This document shows, piece after piece, positions 11,783 through 22,415 of a DNA stretch of 64,000 nucleotides. Positions within the stretch are counted from its first letter, which is position 1; every line of letters starts with the position of its first letter. Both the position numbers and the translations under genes were made by a program. Source of the DNA: Naegleria gruberi (lineage: Eukaryota); assembly GCA_000004985.1 (NCBI GenBank), contig GG738924.1. One strand, given 5' to 3'. The notes below the pieces were generated by a model that was given only the letters and a program-made list of their open reading frames with translations, had not been told where the DNA came from and ran no database searches.

Positions 11783-14700
11783 NNNNNNNNNNNNNNNNNN
11801 NNNNNNNNNNNNNNNNNNNNNNNNNNNNNNNNNNNNNNNNNNNNNNNNNNNNNNNNNNNNNNNNNNNNNNNNNNNNNNNNNNNNNNNNNNNNNNNNNNNN
11901 NNNNNNNNNNNNNNNNNNNNNNNNNNNNNNNNNNNNNNNNNNNNNNNNNNNNNNNNNNNNNNNNNNNNNNNNNNNNNNNNNNNNNNNNNNNNNNNNNNNN
12001 NNNNNNNNNNNNNNNNNNNNNNNNNNNNNNNNNNNNNNNNNNNNNNNNNNNNNNNNNNNNNNNNNNNNNNNNNNNNNNNNNNNNNNNNNNNNNNNNNNNN
12101 NNNNNNNNNNNNNNNNNNNNNNNNNNNNNNNNNNNNNNNNNNNNNNNNNNNNNNNNNNNNNNNNNNNNNNNNNNNNNNNNNNNNNNNNNNNNNNNNNNNN
12201 NNNNNNNNNNNNNNNNNNNNNNNNNNNNNNNNNNNNNNNNNNNNNNNNNNNNNNNNNNNNNNNNNNNNNNNNNNNNNNNNNNNNNNNNNNNNNNNNNNNN
12301 NNNNNNNNNNNNNNNNNNNNNNNNNNNNNNNNNNNNNNNNNNNNNNNNNNNNNNNNNNNNNNNNNNNNNNNNNNNNNNNNNNNNNNNNNNNNNNNNNNNN
12401 NNNNNNNNNNNNNNNNNNNNNNNNNNNNNNNNNNNNNNNNNNNNNNNNNNNNNNNNNNNNNNNNNNNNNNNNNNNNNNNNNNNNNNNNNNNNNNNNNNNN
12501 NNNNNNNNNNNNNNNNNNNNNNNNNNNNNNNNNNNNNNNNNNNNNNNNNNNNNNNNNNNNNNNNNNNNNNNNNNNNNNNNNNNNNNNNNNNNNNNNNNNN
12601 NNNNNNNNNNNNNNNNNNNNNNNNNNNNNNNNNNNNNNNNNNNNNNNNNNNNNNNNNNNNNNNNNNNNNNNNNNNNNNNNNNNNNNNNNNNNNNNNNNNN
12701 NNNNNNNNNNNNNNNNNNNNNNNNNNNNNNNNNNNNNNNNNNNNNNNNNNNNNNNNNNNNNNNNNNNNNNNNNNNNNNNNNNNNNNNNNNNNNNNNNNNN
12801 NNNNNNNNNNNNNNNNNNNNNNNNNNNNNNNNNNNNNNNNNNNNNNNNNNNNNNNNNNNNNNNNNNNNNNNNNNNNNNNNNNNNNNNNNNNNNNNNNNNN
12901 NNNNNNNNNNNNNNNNNNNNNNNNNNNNNNNNNNNNNNNNNNNNNNNNNNNNNNNNNNNNNNNNNNNNNNNNNNNNNNNNNNNNNNNNNNNNNNNNNNNN
13001 NNNNNNNNNNNNNNNNNNNNNNNNNNNNNNNNNNNNNNNNNNNNNNNNNNNNNNNNNNNNNNNNNNNNNNNNNNNNNNNNNNNNNNNNNNNNNNNNNNNN
13101 NNNNNNNNNNNNNNNNNNNNNNNNNNNNNNNNNNNNNNNNNNNNNNNNNNNNNNNNNNNNNNNNNNNNNNNNNNNNNNNNNNNNNNNNNNNNNNNNNNNN
13201 NNNNNNNNNNNNNNNNNNNNNNNNNNNNNNNNNNNNNNNNNNNNNNNNNNNNNNNNNNNNNNNNNNNNNNNNNNNNNNNNNNNNNNNNNNNNNNNNNNNN
13301 NNNNNNNNNNNNNNNNNNNNNNNNNNNNNNNNNNNNNNNNNNNNNNNNNNNNNNNNNNNNNNNNNNNNNNNNNNNNNNNNNNNNNNNNNNNNNNNNNNNN
13401 NNNNNNNNNNNNNNNNNNNNNNNNNNNNNNNNNNNNNNNNNNNNNNNNNNNNNNNNNNNNNNNNNNNNNNNNNNNNNNNNNNNNNNNNNNNNNNNNNNNN
13501 NNNNNNNNNNNNNNNNNNNNNNNNNNNNNNNNNNNNNNNNNNNNNNNNNNNNNNNNNNNNNNNNNNNNNNNNNNNNNNNNNNNNNNNNNNNNNNNNNNNN
13601 NNNNNNNNNNNNNNNNNNNNNNNNNNNNNNNNNNNNNNNNNNNNNNNNNNNNNNNNNNNNNNNNNNNNNNNNNNNNNNNNNNNNNNNNNNNNNNNNNNNN
13701 NNNNNNNNNNNNNNNNNNNNNNNNNNNNNNNNNNNNNNNNNNNNNNNNNNNNNNNNNNNNNNNNNNNNNNNNNNNNNNNNNNNNNNNNNNNNNNNNNNNN
13801 NNNNNNNNNNNNNNNNNNNNNNNNNNNNNNNNNNNNNNNNNNNNNNNNNNNNNNNNNNNNNNNNNNNNNNNNNNNNNNNNNNNNNNNNNNNNNNNNNNNN
13901 NNNNNNNNNNNNNNNNNNNNNNNNNNNNNNNNNNNNNNNNNNNNNNNNNNNNNNNNNNNNNNNNNNNNNNNNNNNNNNNNNNNNNNNNNNNNNNNNNNNN
14001 NNNNNNNNNNNNNNNNNNNNNNNNNNNNNNNNNNNNNNNNNNNNNNNNNNNNNNNNNNNNNNNNNNNNNNNNNNNNNNNNNNNNNNNNNNNNNNNNNNNN
14101 NNNNNNNNNNNNNNNNNNNNNNNNNNNNNNNNNNNNNNNNNNNNNNNNNNNNNNNNNNNNNNNNNNNNNNNNNNNNNNNNNNNNNNNNNNNNNNNNNNNN
14201 NNNNNNNNNNNNNNNNNNNNNNNNNNNNNNNNNNNNNNNNNNNNNNNNNNNNNNNNNNNNNNNNNNNNNNNNNNNNNNNNNNNNNNNNNNNNNNNNNNNN
14301 NNNNNNNNNNNNNNNNNNNNNNNNNNNNNNNNNNNNNNNNNNNNNNNNNNNNNNNNNNNNNNNNNNNNNNNNNNNNNNNNNNNNNNNNNNNNNNNNNNNN
14401 NNNNNNNNNNNNNNNNNNNNNNNNNNNNNNNNNNNNNNNNNNNNNNNNNNNNNNNNNNNNNNNNNNNNNNNNNNNNNNNNNNNNNNNNNNNNNNNNNNNN
14501 NNNNNNNNNNNNNNNNNNNNNNNNNNNNNNNNNNNNNNNNNNNNNNNNNNNNNNNNNNNNNNNNNNNNNNNNNNNNNNNNNNNNNNNNNNNNNNNNNNNN
14601 NNNNNNNNNNNNNNNNNNNNNNNNNNNNNNNNNNNNNNNNNNNNNNNNNNNNNNNNNNNNNNNNNNNNNNNNNNNNNNNNNNNNNNNNNNNNNNNNNNNN

Positions 14701-17296
14701 NNNNNNNNNNNNNNNNNNNNNNNNNNNNNNNNNNNNNNNNNNNNNNNNNNNNNNNNNNNNNNNNNNNNNNNNNNNNNNNNNNNNNNNNNNNNNNNNNNNN
14801 NNNNNNNNNNNNNNNNNNNNNNNNNNNNNNNNNNNNNNNNNNNNNNNNNNNNNNNNNNNNNNNNNNNNNNNNNNNNNNNNNNNNNNNNNNNNNNNNNNNN
14901 NNNNNNNNNNNNNNNNNNNNNNNNNNNNNNNNNNNNNNNNNNNNNNNNNNNNNNNNNNNNNNNNNNNNNNNNNNNNNNNNNNNNNNNNNNNNNNNNNNNN
15001 NNNNNNNNNNNNNNNNNNNNNNNNNNNNNNNNNNNNNNNNNNNNNNNNNNNNNNNNNNNNNNNNNNNNNNNNNNNNNNNNNNNNNNNNNNNNNNNNNNNN
15101 NNNNNNNNNNNNNNNNNNNNNNNNNNNNNNNNNNNNNNNNNNNNNNNNNNNNNNNNNNNNNNNNNNNNNNNNNNNNNNNNNNNNNNNNNNNNNNNNNNNN
15201 NNNNNNNNNNNNNNNNNNNNNNNNNNNNNNNNNNNNNNNNNNNNNNNNNNNNNNNNNNNNNNNNNNNNNNNNNNNNNNNNNNNNNNNNNNNNNNNNNNNN
15301 NNNNNNNNNNNNNNNNNNNNNNNNNNNNNNNNNNNNNNNNNNNNNNNNNNNNNNNNNNNNNNNNNNNNNNNNNNNNNNNNNNNNNNNNNNNNNNNNNNNN
15401 NNNNNNNNNNNNNNNNNNNNNNNNNNNNNNNNNNNNNNNNNNNNNNNNNNNNNNNNNNNNNNNNNNNNNNNNNNNNNNNNNNNNNNNNNNNNNNNNNNNN
15501 NNNNNNNNNNNNNNNNNNNNNNNNNNNNNNNNNNNNNNNNNNNNNNNNNNNNNNNNNNNNNNNNNNNNNNNNNNNNNNNNNNNNNNNNNNNNNNNNNNNN
15601 NNNNNNNNNNNNNNNNNNNNNNNNNNNNNNNNNNNNNNNNNNNNNNNNNNNNNNNNNNNNNNNNNNNNNNNNNNNNNNNNNNNNNNNNNNNNNNNNNNNN
15701 NNNNNNNNNNNNNNNNNNNNNNNNNNNNNNNNNNNNNNNNNNNNNNNNNNNNNNNNNNNNNNNNNNNNNNNNNNNNNNNNNNNNNNNNNNNNNNNNNNNN
15801 NNNNNNNNNNNNNNNNNNNNNNNNNNNNNNNNNNNNNNNNNNNNNNNNNNNNNNNNNNNNNNNNNNNNNNNNNNNNNNNNNNNNNNNNNNNNNNNNNNNN
15901 NNNNNNNNNNNNNNNNNNNNNNNNNNNNNNNNNNNNNNNNNNNNNNNNNNNNNNNNNNNNNNNNNNNNNNNNNNNNNNNNNNNNNNNNNNNNNNNNNNNN
16001 NNNNNNNNNNNNNNNNNNNNNNNNNNNNNNNNNNNNNNNNNNNNNNNNNNNNNNNNNNNNNNNNNNNNNNNNNNNNNNNNNNNNNNNNNNNNNNNNNNNN
16101 NNNNNNNNNNNNNNNNNNNNNNNNNNNNNNNNNNNNNNNNNNNNNNNNNNNNNNNNNNNNNNNNNNNNNNNNNNNNNNNNNNNNNNNNNNNNNNNNNNNN
16201 NNNNNNNNNNNNNNNNNNNNNNNNNNNNNNNNNNNNNNNNNNNNNNNNNNNNNNNNNNNNNNNNNNNNNNNNNNNNNNNNNNNNNNNNNNNNNNNNNNNN
16301 NNNNNNNNNNNNNNNNNNNNNNNNNNNNNNNNNNNNNNNNNNNNNNNNNNNNNNNNNNNNNNNNNNNNNNNNNNNNNNNNNNNNNNNNNNNNNNNNNNNN
16401 NNNNNNNNNNNNNNNNNNNNNNNNNNNNNNNNNNNNNNNNNNNNNNNNNNNNNNNNNNNNNNNNNNNNNNNNNNNNNNNNNNNNNNNNNNNNNNNNNNNN
16501 NNNNNNNNNNNNNNNNNNNNNNNNNNNNNNNNNNNNNNNNNNNNNNNNNNNNNNNNNNNNNNNNNNNNNNNNNNNNNNNNNNNNNNNNNNNNNNNNNNNN
16601 NNNNNNNNNNNNNNNNNNNNNNNNNNNNNNNNNNNNNNNNNNNNNNNNNNNNNNNNNNNNNNNNNNNNNNNNNNNNNNNNNNNNNNNNNNNNNNNNNNNN
16701 NNNNNNNNNNNNNNNNNNNNNNNNNNNNNNNNNNNNNNNNNNNNNNNNNNNNNNNNNNNNNNNNNNNNNNNNNNNNNNNNNNNNNNNNNNNNNNNNNNNN
16801 NNNNNNNNNNNNNNNNNNNNNNNNNNNNNNNNNNNNNNNNNNNNNNNNNNNNNNNNNNNNNNNNNNNNNNNNNNNNNNNNNNNNNNNNNNNNNNNNNNNN
16901 NNNNNNNNNNNNNNNNNNNNNNNNNNNNNNNNNNNNNNNNNNNNNNNNNNNNNNNNNNNNNNNNNNNNNNNNNNNNNNNNNNNNNNNNNNNNNNNNNNNN
17001 NNNNNNNNNNNNNNNNNNNNNNNNNNNNNNNNNNNNNNNNNNNNNNNNNNNNNNNNNNNNNNNNNNNNNNNNNNNNNNNNNNNNNNNNNNNNNNNNNNNN
17101 NNNNNNNNNNNNNNNNNNNNNNNNNNNNNNNNNNNNNNNNNNNNNNNNNNNNNNNNNNNNNNNNNNNNNNNNNNNNNNNNNNNNNNNNNNNNNNNNNNNN
17201 NNNNNNNNNNNNNNNNNNNNNNNNNNNNNNNNNNNNNNNNNNNNNNNNNNNNNNNNNNNNNNNNNNNNNNNNNNNNNNNNNNNNNNNNNNNNNNNN
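11783..17296. other. assembly gap (N run, about 5.5 kb)
   Basis: Uninterrupted n characters. Confidence 0.99.
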
Positions 17297-17914
17297 CATT
17301 GGTCATATTCAACAATGGATCAAATGTTTGATACCTCCTTGCATAATAAATTGGTTGACCCATCGAATTGGCTTGTCAACCAAAAGTTCAGCAATACGAG
17401 CCAAACGTGCAGAATCATAATTGTGTTTTTCCCATTGAGAAAGGAGTACGAAAGGAGTATCCTCATCAGCAGTTTGATCATTATCGTTTTTAAAGTAATA
17501 CAAACGTCTATTGAGTATATTGTATTAACATGATTATATTGTAATAGTTTGTAATGAAACATTTTAAATATAATATCCAAAGAGTACATACCTGACTTTT
17601 TCCTGTACAGTTTTAGTTGCCAATTGTTTTCTTCTGATACTATCTGGTACTCCCATTTCCACTAACATTTCATTGAAATTTCCATTGACATCATCGTCAT
17701 TCCATTGTAATTGTTGTTGGTAGGCAAGAGCATTAAAAGGTTCTCTATTAAAACCTCCATTATTACTACCACCAATGTTTGATGATGAGTGGGATGGGGA
17801 ATTATTTGGTGAGTGATGAAGCGCCGAAGATGATGAAGAAGCAGCCTGAATCGTCAGTTGCTGCGAGTGAGAGAGCGCGGAAGTACTCTTTGATGTATTC
17901 TTTTTTGGCGCCAT
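17297..17914 (-). CDS. formin (Diaphanous-type GBD/FH3 N-terminus), 5' part: exon 1 17592-17914, 84-nt intron 17508-17591, exon 2 17297-17507 continuing into the gap
   Basis: MAPKKNTSK..., followed by low complexity, then NEMLVEMGVPDSIRRKQLATKTVQEKVR|RLYYFKNDNDQTADEDTPFVLLSQWEKHNYDSARLARIAELLVDKPIRWVNQFIMQGG, the formin N-terminal signature. Intron is GTATGT...AATAG. Confidence 0.55.
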
Positions 17915-18253
17915 AATTTCAAAGAGAGAAAATTTGTAGAGTTACTGTTGTTGTTTGTAGGTGGTTTGTATCACACACTAAATTTTTAATTGATTGTTGT
18001 GTGTGAAGGGAAGGGTATGGTAGGATGAGTGGAATGGTTAGATTGATTTTTTTTAAATTTTTGTGATTTTGGATGTCGTTTGTCATGTGATTGACAAGTG
18101 AATTTGGAACCACAAAAAATTATCACCACATTACATTTAATGATTACTCAGATAAACGTGGAATGTATCATAATCGCAAATAAAATAATATGAATATGCT
18201 CTCTAATTTTATTAAGAATTTACTATGACAATTACATTTCATAATGAATGTAA

Positions 18254-18327
18254 GCAGCGATAGATCAGTTGGTTAGATCGTAAGCCTAACACGCTTAAGG
18301 TCGCGGGTTCAAGCCCCGCTCGCTGTA
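18254..18327 (+). tRNA. tRNA-Val (anticodon AAC)
   Basis: Hand-folded cloverleaf: acceptor GCAGCGA/TCGCTGT (G1-U72 wobble), D arm GATC-AGTTGGTTA-GATC, anticodon arm TAAGC-CTAACAC-GCTTA, T arm GCGGG-TTCAAGC-CCCGC, discriminator A. Confidence 0.8.
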
Positions 18328-18330
18328 TCC

Positions 18331-18334
18331 TTTT
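18331..18334 (+). terminator. Pol III T4 terminator after tRNA-Val
   Basis: TTTT 4 nt past the discriminator. Confidence 0.5.
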
Positions 18335-18726
18335 GCACAATAGTAAATTTGACTTTGGAAATGTTAGGGTGATTACAAATCATGATCACTTCATCAATGC
18401 AGTTCAGTCTCAAAATTGGCTTTTCTTGTACAAGCAAGTAAAAATAAGTGAAGAGCATTGTCTTTAGCATTTAACAGCATCTTTTAATTCATGCACCTTC
18501 TTTGAGTTTTTATTTCAACAAATTTCAAATAATAAAGAATAGTTTGTCAAAGTAAAACACTTGTGAGCTATACTCGCTGGTGTAATTTGTGGGCATCCTT
18601 GAGGATTTGGAATTAATAGCTTGGTCTATTATTCACATTCAACAGTTCTAGCAATGACTTAGAATTCAACCAGTACATTTGGAATTAAGTACCCAAACAA
18701 AAGGTGTTGGTGAACAAAAAACGTAA

Positions 18727-18815
18727 GGCGGCTTAGCACAGTGGCAGTGCATCAGTCTTGTAGGCAGAAATGCTGAGATAACTGAGGGTCGAGGGTTCAA
18801 TTCCCTCAGTCGCCT
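18727..18815 (+). tRNA. intron-containing tRNA (17-nt intron after position 37); anticodon loop CTTGTA|A gives TGT = Thr(UGU), with Tyr not fully excluded
   Basis: Acceptor GGCGGCT/AGTCGCC, D arm GCAC-AGTGGCA-GTGC, anticodon stem TCAGT...ACTGA separated by 24 nt (7-nt loop plus GGCAGAAATGCTGAGAT intron), variable GGGTC, T arm GAGGG-TTCAATT-CCCTC. A T run follows. Confidence 0.65.
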
Positions 18816-18836
18816 TTTGTTAATTGATAATCAAGT

Positions 18837-19844
18837 TTATGCTAATTTTTTTAATGTTTCTACTGATCCATCCCATGGCAATATTGAGACTACCATTCTT
18901 GAAACAATCGAAACAGCAGGTTGGAAACCTACAACATCCTTAGCCAACGAATATTGATAATCTACAATGCTATCTCCAAAACAAGTATAGAATTTCATAT
19001 TCACATCCAGACCTTTTTGATAAAATTCCACACCAATAACATCTCCCTCTTGATTATTATTTGCTCTGGAGTATTCGCACTGCCCCCTATAAGATTTAGA
19101 GTGAGAATGAACACAATATCCCACTCCATTAGAACTTTCCTTTCCGATATAATAATGGATTGCAGAGCTGGTTGAATTTCTGCTTTGATTCTCCTTATCA
19201 TCAATTCCAATAACAATTCCCCAGGCATTTGAACCTTCATTGTGATAATTTGTCAAATGAATAGCCCAGAAATATCTGAATTCTTGCATCAGTTTTTTTC
19301 CAACTATGCAAGTTTCCCAATCACCATTCAAATGTTTATGACATGAATGAAAACAATGGTCATTATTAGTAAAATCAACAGACGAATGATGAGCTTCATG
19401 CTCATAACTGTTAATATAAGAAGGAATTGATATTGGAAATCCAGATCTATCAAATGAAAAAGTCTTAAACAAGCAAACCAAGAAAAAATAGGCATTCTCT
19501 TGATGATCGTCATACACTTTACGAAACTCTTCCTCTTGCAAATAGTTCATAATTCCACTCATAGTATCCTTCTCCTTAAATTCTTTAATTTGCAATGAAA
19601 ATTCATCAAATAATTTTCTCATCACTCGTCCAACATTTAGCTCCTTCTCCGATAATTTAAATTCATCCTCCTGATGCTTAATCATTGATCGGAGAGAATT
19701 TTCCCAAACACTTGACGAAGATAAGAGAATACTTCTCAATGATCGGTTGATTTTCAATAGAGAGAATAAAGACTTTACATCCAAAAAGGAGCACACAACA
19801 TCCTCCAACACTTCTGTTGGAATTGCATTGATCAGACTTTCCAT
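18837..19844 (-). CDS. F-box / SPRY (B30.2) domain protein
   Basis: N-terminal F-box IPTEVLEDVVCSFLDVKSLFSLLKINRSLRSIL. The C-terminal half has SPRY-like blocks WGIVIGIDD...GYCVHSHS...GDVIGVEF...FQPAVSI. Confidence 0.65.
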   Translation of the reverse strand: MESLINAIPTEVLEDVVCSFLDVKSLFSLLKINRSLRSILLSSSSVWENSLRSMIKHQEDEFKLSEKELNVGRVMRKLFDEFSLQIKEFKEKDTMSGIMNYLQEEEFRKVYDDHQENAYFFLVCLFKTFSFDRSGFPISIPSYINSYEHEAHHSSVDFTNNDHCFHSCHKHLNGDWETCIVGKKLMQEFRYFWAIHLTNYHNEGSNAWGIVIGIDDKENQSRNSTSSAIHYYIGKESSNGVGYCVHSHSKSYRGQCEYSRANNNQEGDVIGVEFYQKGLDVNMKFYTCFGDSIVDYQYSLAKDVVGFQPAVSIVSRMVVSILPWDGSVETLKKLA

Positions 19845-20368
19845 TTTTTTGTAATATTGTTACTATTATTAGCACTTGTACAAGTTCATATCAATGAATA
19901 TTTGCTCAAGAGTTCTCGTATAGCCTGCTCATATCTAATTTTGAGTCCTTCCACTTTATTACTGAGCTCTTAAATGTTCCTAAGTCAGTAATTGATTACT
20001 AATAAGATTATAAGAGTAGTTCCAAATCAGTTCTTGAACTTGTTGAAATTTTCTCCCTTTCTCATCTTTTTGACAATTAATATTTGATTTGGATTGTTTC
20101 TTATCCAAATTGTAAAGCAGCTTCAATGGTGAACTGGATCAAGAGGCGAAACAATTTAATTCTTTCACATTCAAACTAAAGCTTTTCTAAAAAAAAGTTG
20201 AAGATATTTTTTTGAAGATTATGTTCAGATGGCGCAGTTTCTAAGGAATGAGATTAAATATGAAGAAAATATATGAGAATAAATCAATTCTCAATTATCA
20301 AATTAAGCTTATAATCTCCAATAGTTTAATATATTAATATTAAGTATACAATCTCTAAATTTCTAAAA

Positions 20369-21142
20369 TTACAATGTTTCTTCCGAGTCAGCAAATGCAA
20401 ATTTGCTCACAGTAAAATAGTTCAAAATTCCAACAAGAATTAATGATAAAATCCAAGCATAAGTATGCCCCACTTTGAAATATCCAACTAACATGTAATT
20501 CAAAATTGTTGAAAATACCATTGAAATTCCATAAACAAAATAAGTTCTAATCAAAGATCGCCAATATTCAGAATTTGACCTCTTTCCAAAAACAATTCTA
20601 CAATGTAATTCATATTGACACCATATCGAAAGTGAATATGACAATAACCAACACAAACTCGATTTTGTCGATTCATCCTCTGCAGTTATGAATTGATATA
20701 AAAAGTGATAAAACAAGAAGAAGATAAATGTTCCAATTATTGTAGAAACTTGAAACAAGAATACCTTTCTTCCTTCTGTCATTCTTGATGGCCCATTATT
20801 ATAAAAGAAGGAATCTACAAGAGCAGAAATATCATCGGGTGATGAAGTCGTTACTTCCTGAAGGCTTTGTGAAGTGTCTTTAATTTCCACTATTGAAGAT
20901 GACAATAATGCATCACTCTGATGATGTATTGGTGATGAAGGTGATTCACTTCGGTGATGATGAATCAAATCTTCCAAATCTTGAGGTGAAGTTACAACAC
21001 TTGAATCCTTTGAAGGAGGAAGAGAACCCACCACACTGCTACTACTGCTACCAATCACATTATTTATACCACCCCCACTAGCATTGCTATTCGTTTGCAA
21101 TAGAGAGGAAACATTGGTTCGGAGGGTTGGTGGTTGTAACAT
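20369..21142 (-). CDS. hypothetical membrane protein: S-rich N-terminus and four predicted TM helices C-terminally
   Basis: 257-aa ORF with hydrophobic stretches IIGTFIFFLFYHFLY, LLSYSLSIW, YFVYGISMVFSTILNYMLVGY and AWILSLILVGILNYF. The start lies 30 bp from the ORF1 ATG of the adjacent non-LTR element on the other strand. Confidence 0.4.
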   Translation of the reverse strand: MLQPPTLRTNVSSLLQTNSNASGGGINNVIGSSSSSVVGSLPPSKDSSVVTSPQDLEDLIHHHRSESPSSPIHHQSDALLSSSIVEIKDTSQSLQEVTTSSPDDISALVDSFFYNNGPSRMTEGRKVFLFQVSTIIGTFIFFLFYHFLYQFITAEDESTKSSLCWLLSYSLSIWCQYELHCRIVFGKRSNSEYWRSLIRTYFVYGISMVFSTILNYMLVGYFKVGHTYAWILSLILVGILNYFTVSKFAFADSEETL

Positions 21143-21172
21143 TTTTTATCAAAGCGATGGGCCTTCAAAAAA

Positions 21173-22414
21173 ATGTCTGATACGAATACCACCTTATCAA
21201 CAGAAGGTAATCACTCTCCTTCAGAAGGGATTCACTCTTCGTCGGAAGTGGAGTCAAATCATGACCGTCAAACTACACATCCTCACAGCCTCAAGGAGGC
21301 TGCGTCTACGGAACATACTAGTAATAAGTCTCTTGCTATTGACAAACAACAAGCCACAAAGAAACGGAATGCTATTAGAGAAGAGGCCAGGGACACTCCA
21401 TCAACCAATCCTACCTCCCCTGAGGTATTTGCTTCCGAAGCCTCGGGTCCAGCTGATGGCACCAGCATTATTGCTGAAGATGGTGACTCGGATCGCAATA
21501 GTGACATTTCTATGGAAGAGAGATCTATTGATAAGCTCAGACGACACCATCGTTATAACAGAGCTGTTGTGGTGTCCACTGACAATGTCAGTGCCATCCT
21601 TGACACCATTGGTATGAAGGACGACTCAATATATGGATCGAGAGTTGTTGAGAGCTTGGGTTGCATAATCCTTTTCTTCAAAAACGCCAAGTTGCTAACC
21701 TCTGCAGTTACTGCTGCATCCAGAGCCAAAATTCCAATGTTCGCTCAAACCACTAAAACAGCTTACAAATACCAAATTGGCAAAGATCTCAATGCAAGCA
21801 ACATCTCCAAGCTGGTTAAAAAACTTGGCCCTACCATAGTAACCCTCAACGTCAGTAACAGAAATGGTAGTGAATATTGGGCTATGGGAACTAGTGCTAA
21901 AATATCCACGGCAGACTCTAAAAGCTTCAAACTTTCCAAGGTCAACACAGACGAAACCATATTTAGAATTGCTTTTCCTGGTAAAGAAAAAGACCTGTAC
22001 AAGCTAGTCAGTGCTGTCAGTACCCAGTGGAAAGTACGTGTTGTCAAAGCTACCCTTAATAACAAAGTTGCCTATCTCAGTATCAACAAAAAAGAAATTA
22101 CGAACAATGTAACTGAAACTATTAAGGTCAAAAATCAAGCATTCAAAAACCTGTCCTTTTCTGCCAAGGTAGCCAAATCTATTGCTCACAGAATGGCCAA
22201 TGTGGAAACCAAAATATCAGAACTAACCACCACCATGTCCATGATCAATAAGACTGTAGCTAGATTTAAGATTAAGGACATACTTGACAGTATCTCTGAA
22301 CTTGCAGACACTGTAGCCACCATCAACACCAAACTCAACTCTCTGACTAAACCTACTGCCCAAGAACGTAAGGGTAATAGTAGTAACCGTCAGAGACGTA
22401 GAAGATCGTATTAA
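21173..22414 (+). CDS. retroelement ORF1 (413 aa; S/T-rich N-terminus, coiled-coil middle, basic tail RQRRRRSY)
   Basis: Position and composition are typical of non-LTR ORF1 proteins. It is immediately followed by ORF2. Confidence 0.55.
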   Translation: MSDTNTTLSTEGNHSPSEGIHSSSEVESNHDRQTTHPHSLKEAASTEHTSNKSLAIDKQQATKKRNAIREEARDTPSTNPTSPEVFASEASGPADGTSIIAEDGDSDRNSDISMEERSIDKLRRHHRYNRAVVVSTDNVSAILDTIGMKDDSIYGSRVVESLGCIILFFKNAKLLTSAVTAASRAKIPMFAQTTKTAYKYQIGKDLNASNISKLVKKLGPTIVTLNVSNRNGSEYWAMGTSAKISTADSKSFKLSKVNTDETIFRIAFPGKEKDLYKLVSAVSTQWKVRVVKATLNNKVAYLSINKKEITNNVTETIKVKNQAFKNLSFSAKVAKSIAHRMANVETKISELTTTMSMINKTVARFKIKDILDSISELADTVATINTKLNSLTKPTAQERKGNSSNRQRRRRSY

Positions 22415-22415
22415 T

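Noticed and set aside
11745-17533. Three about 1900-2100-aa ORFs spanning the second N gap
   Set aside because: Gap artefacts. The real coding sequence is only 11120-11782 (+) and 17297-17914 (-).
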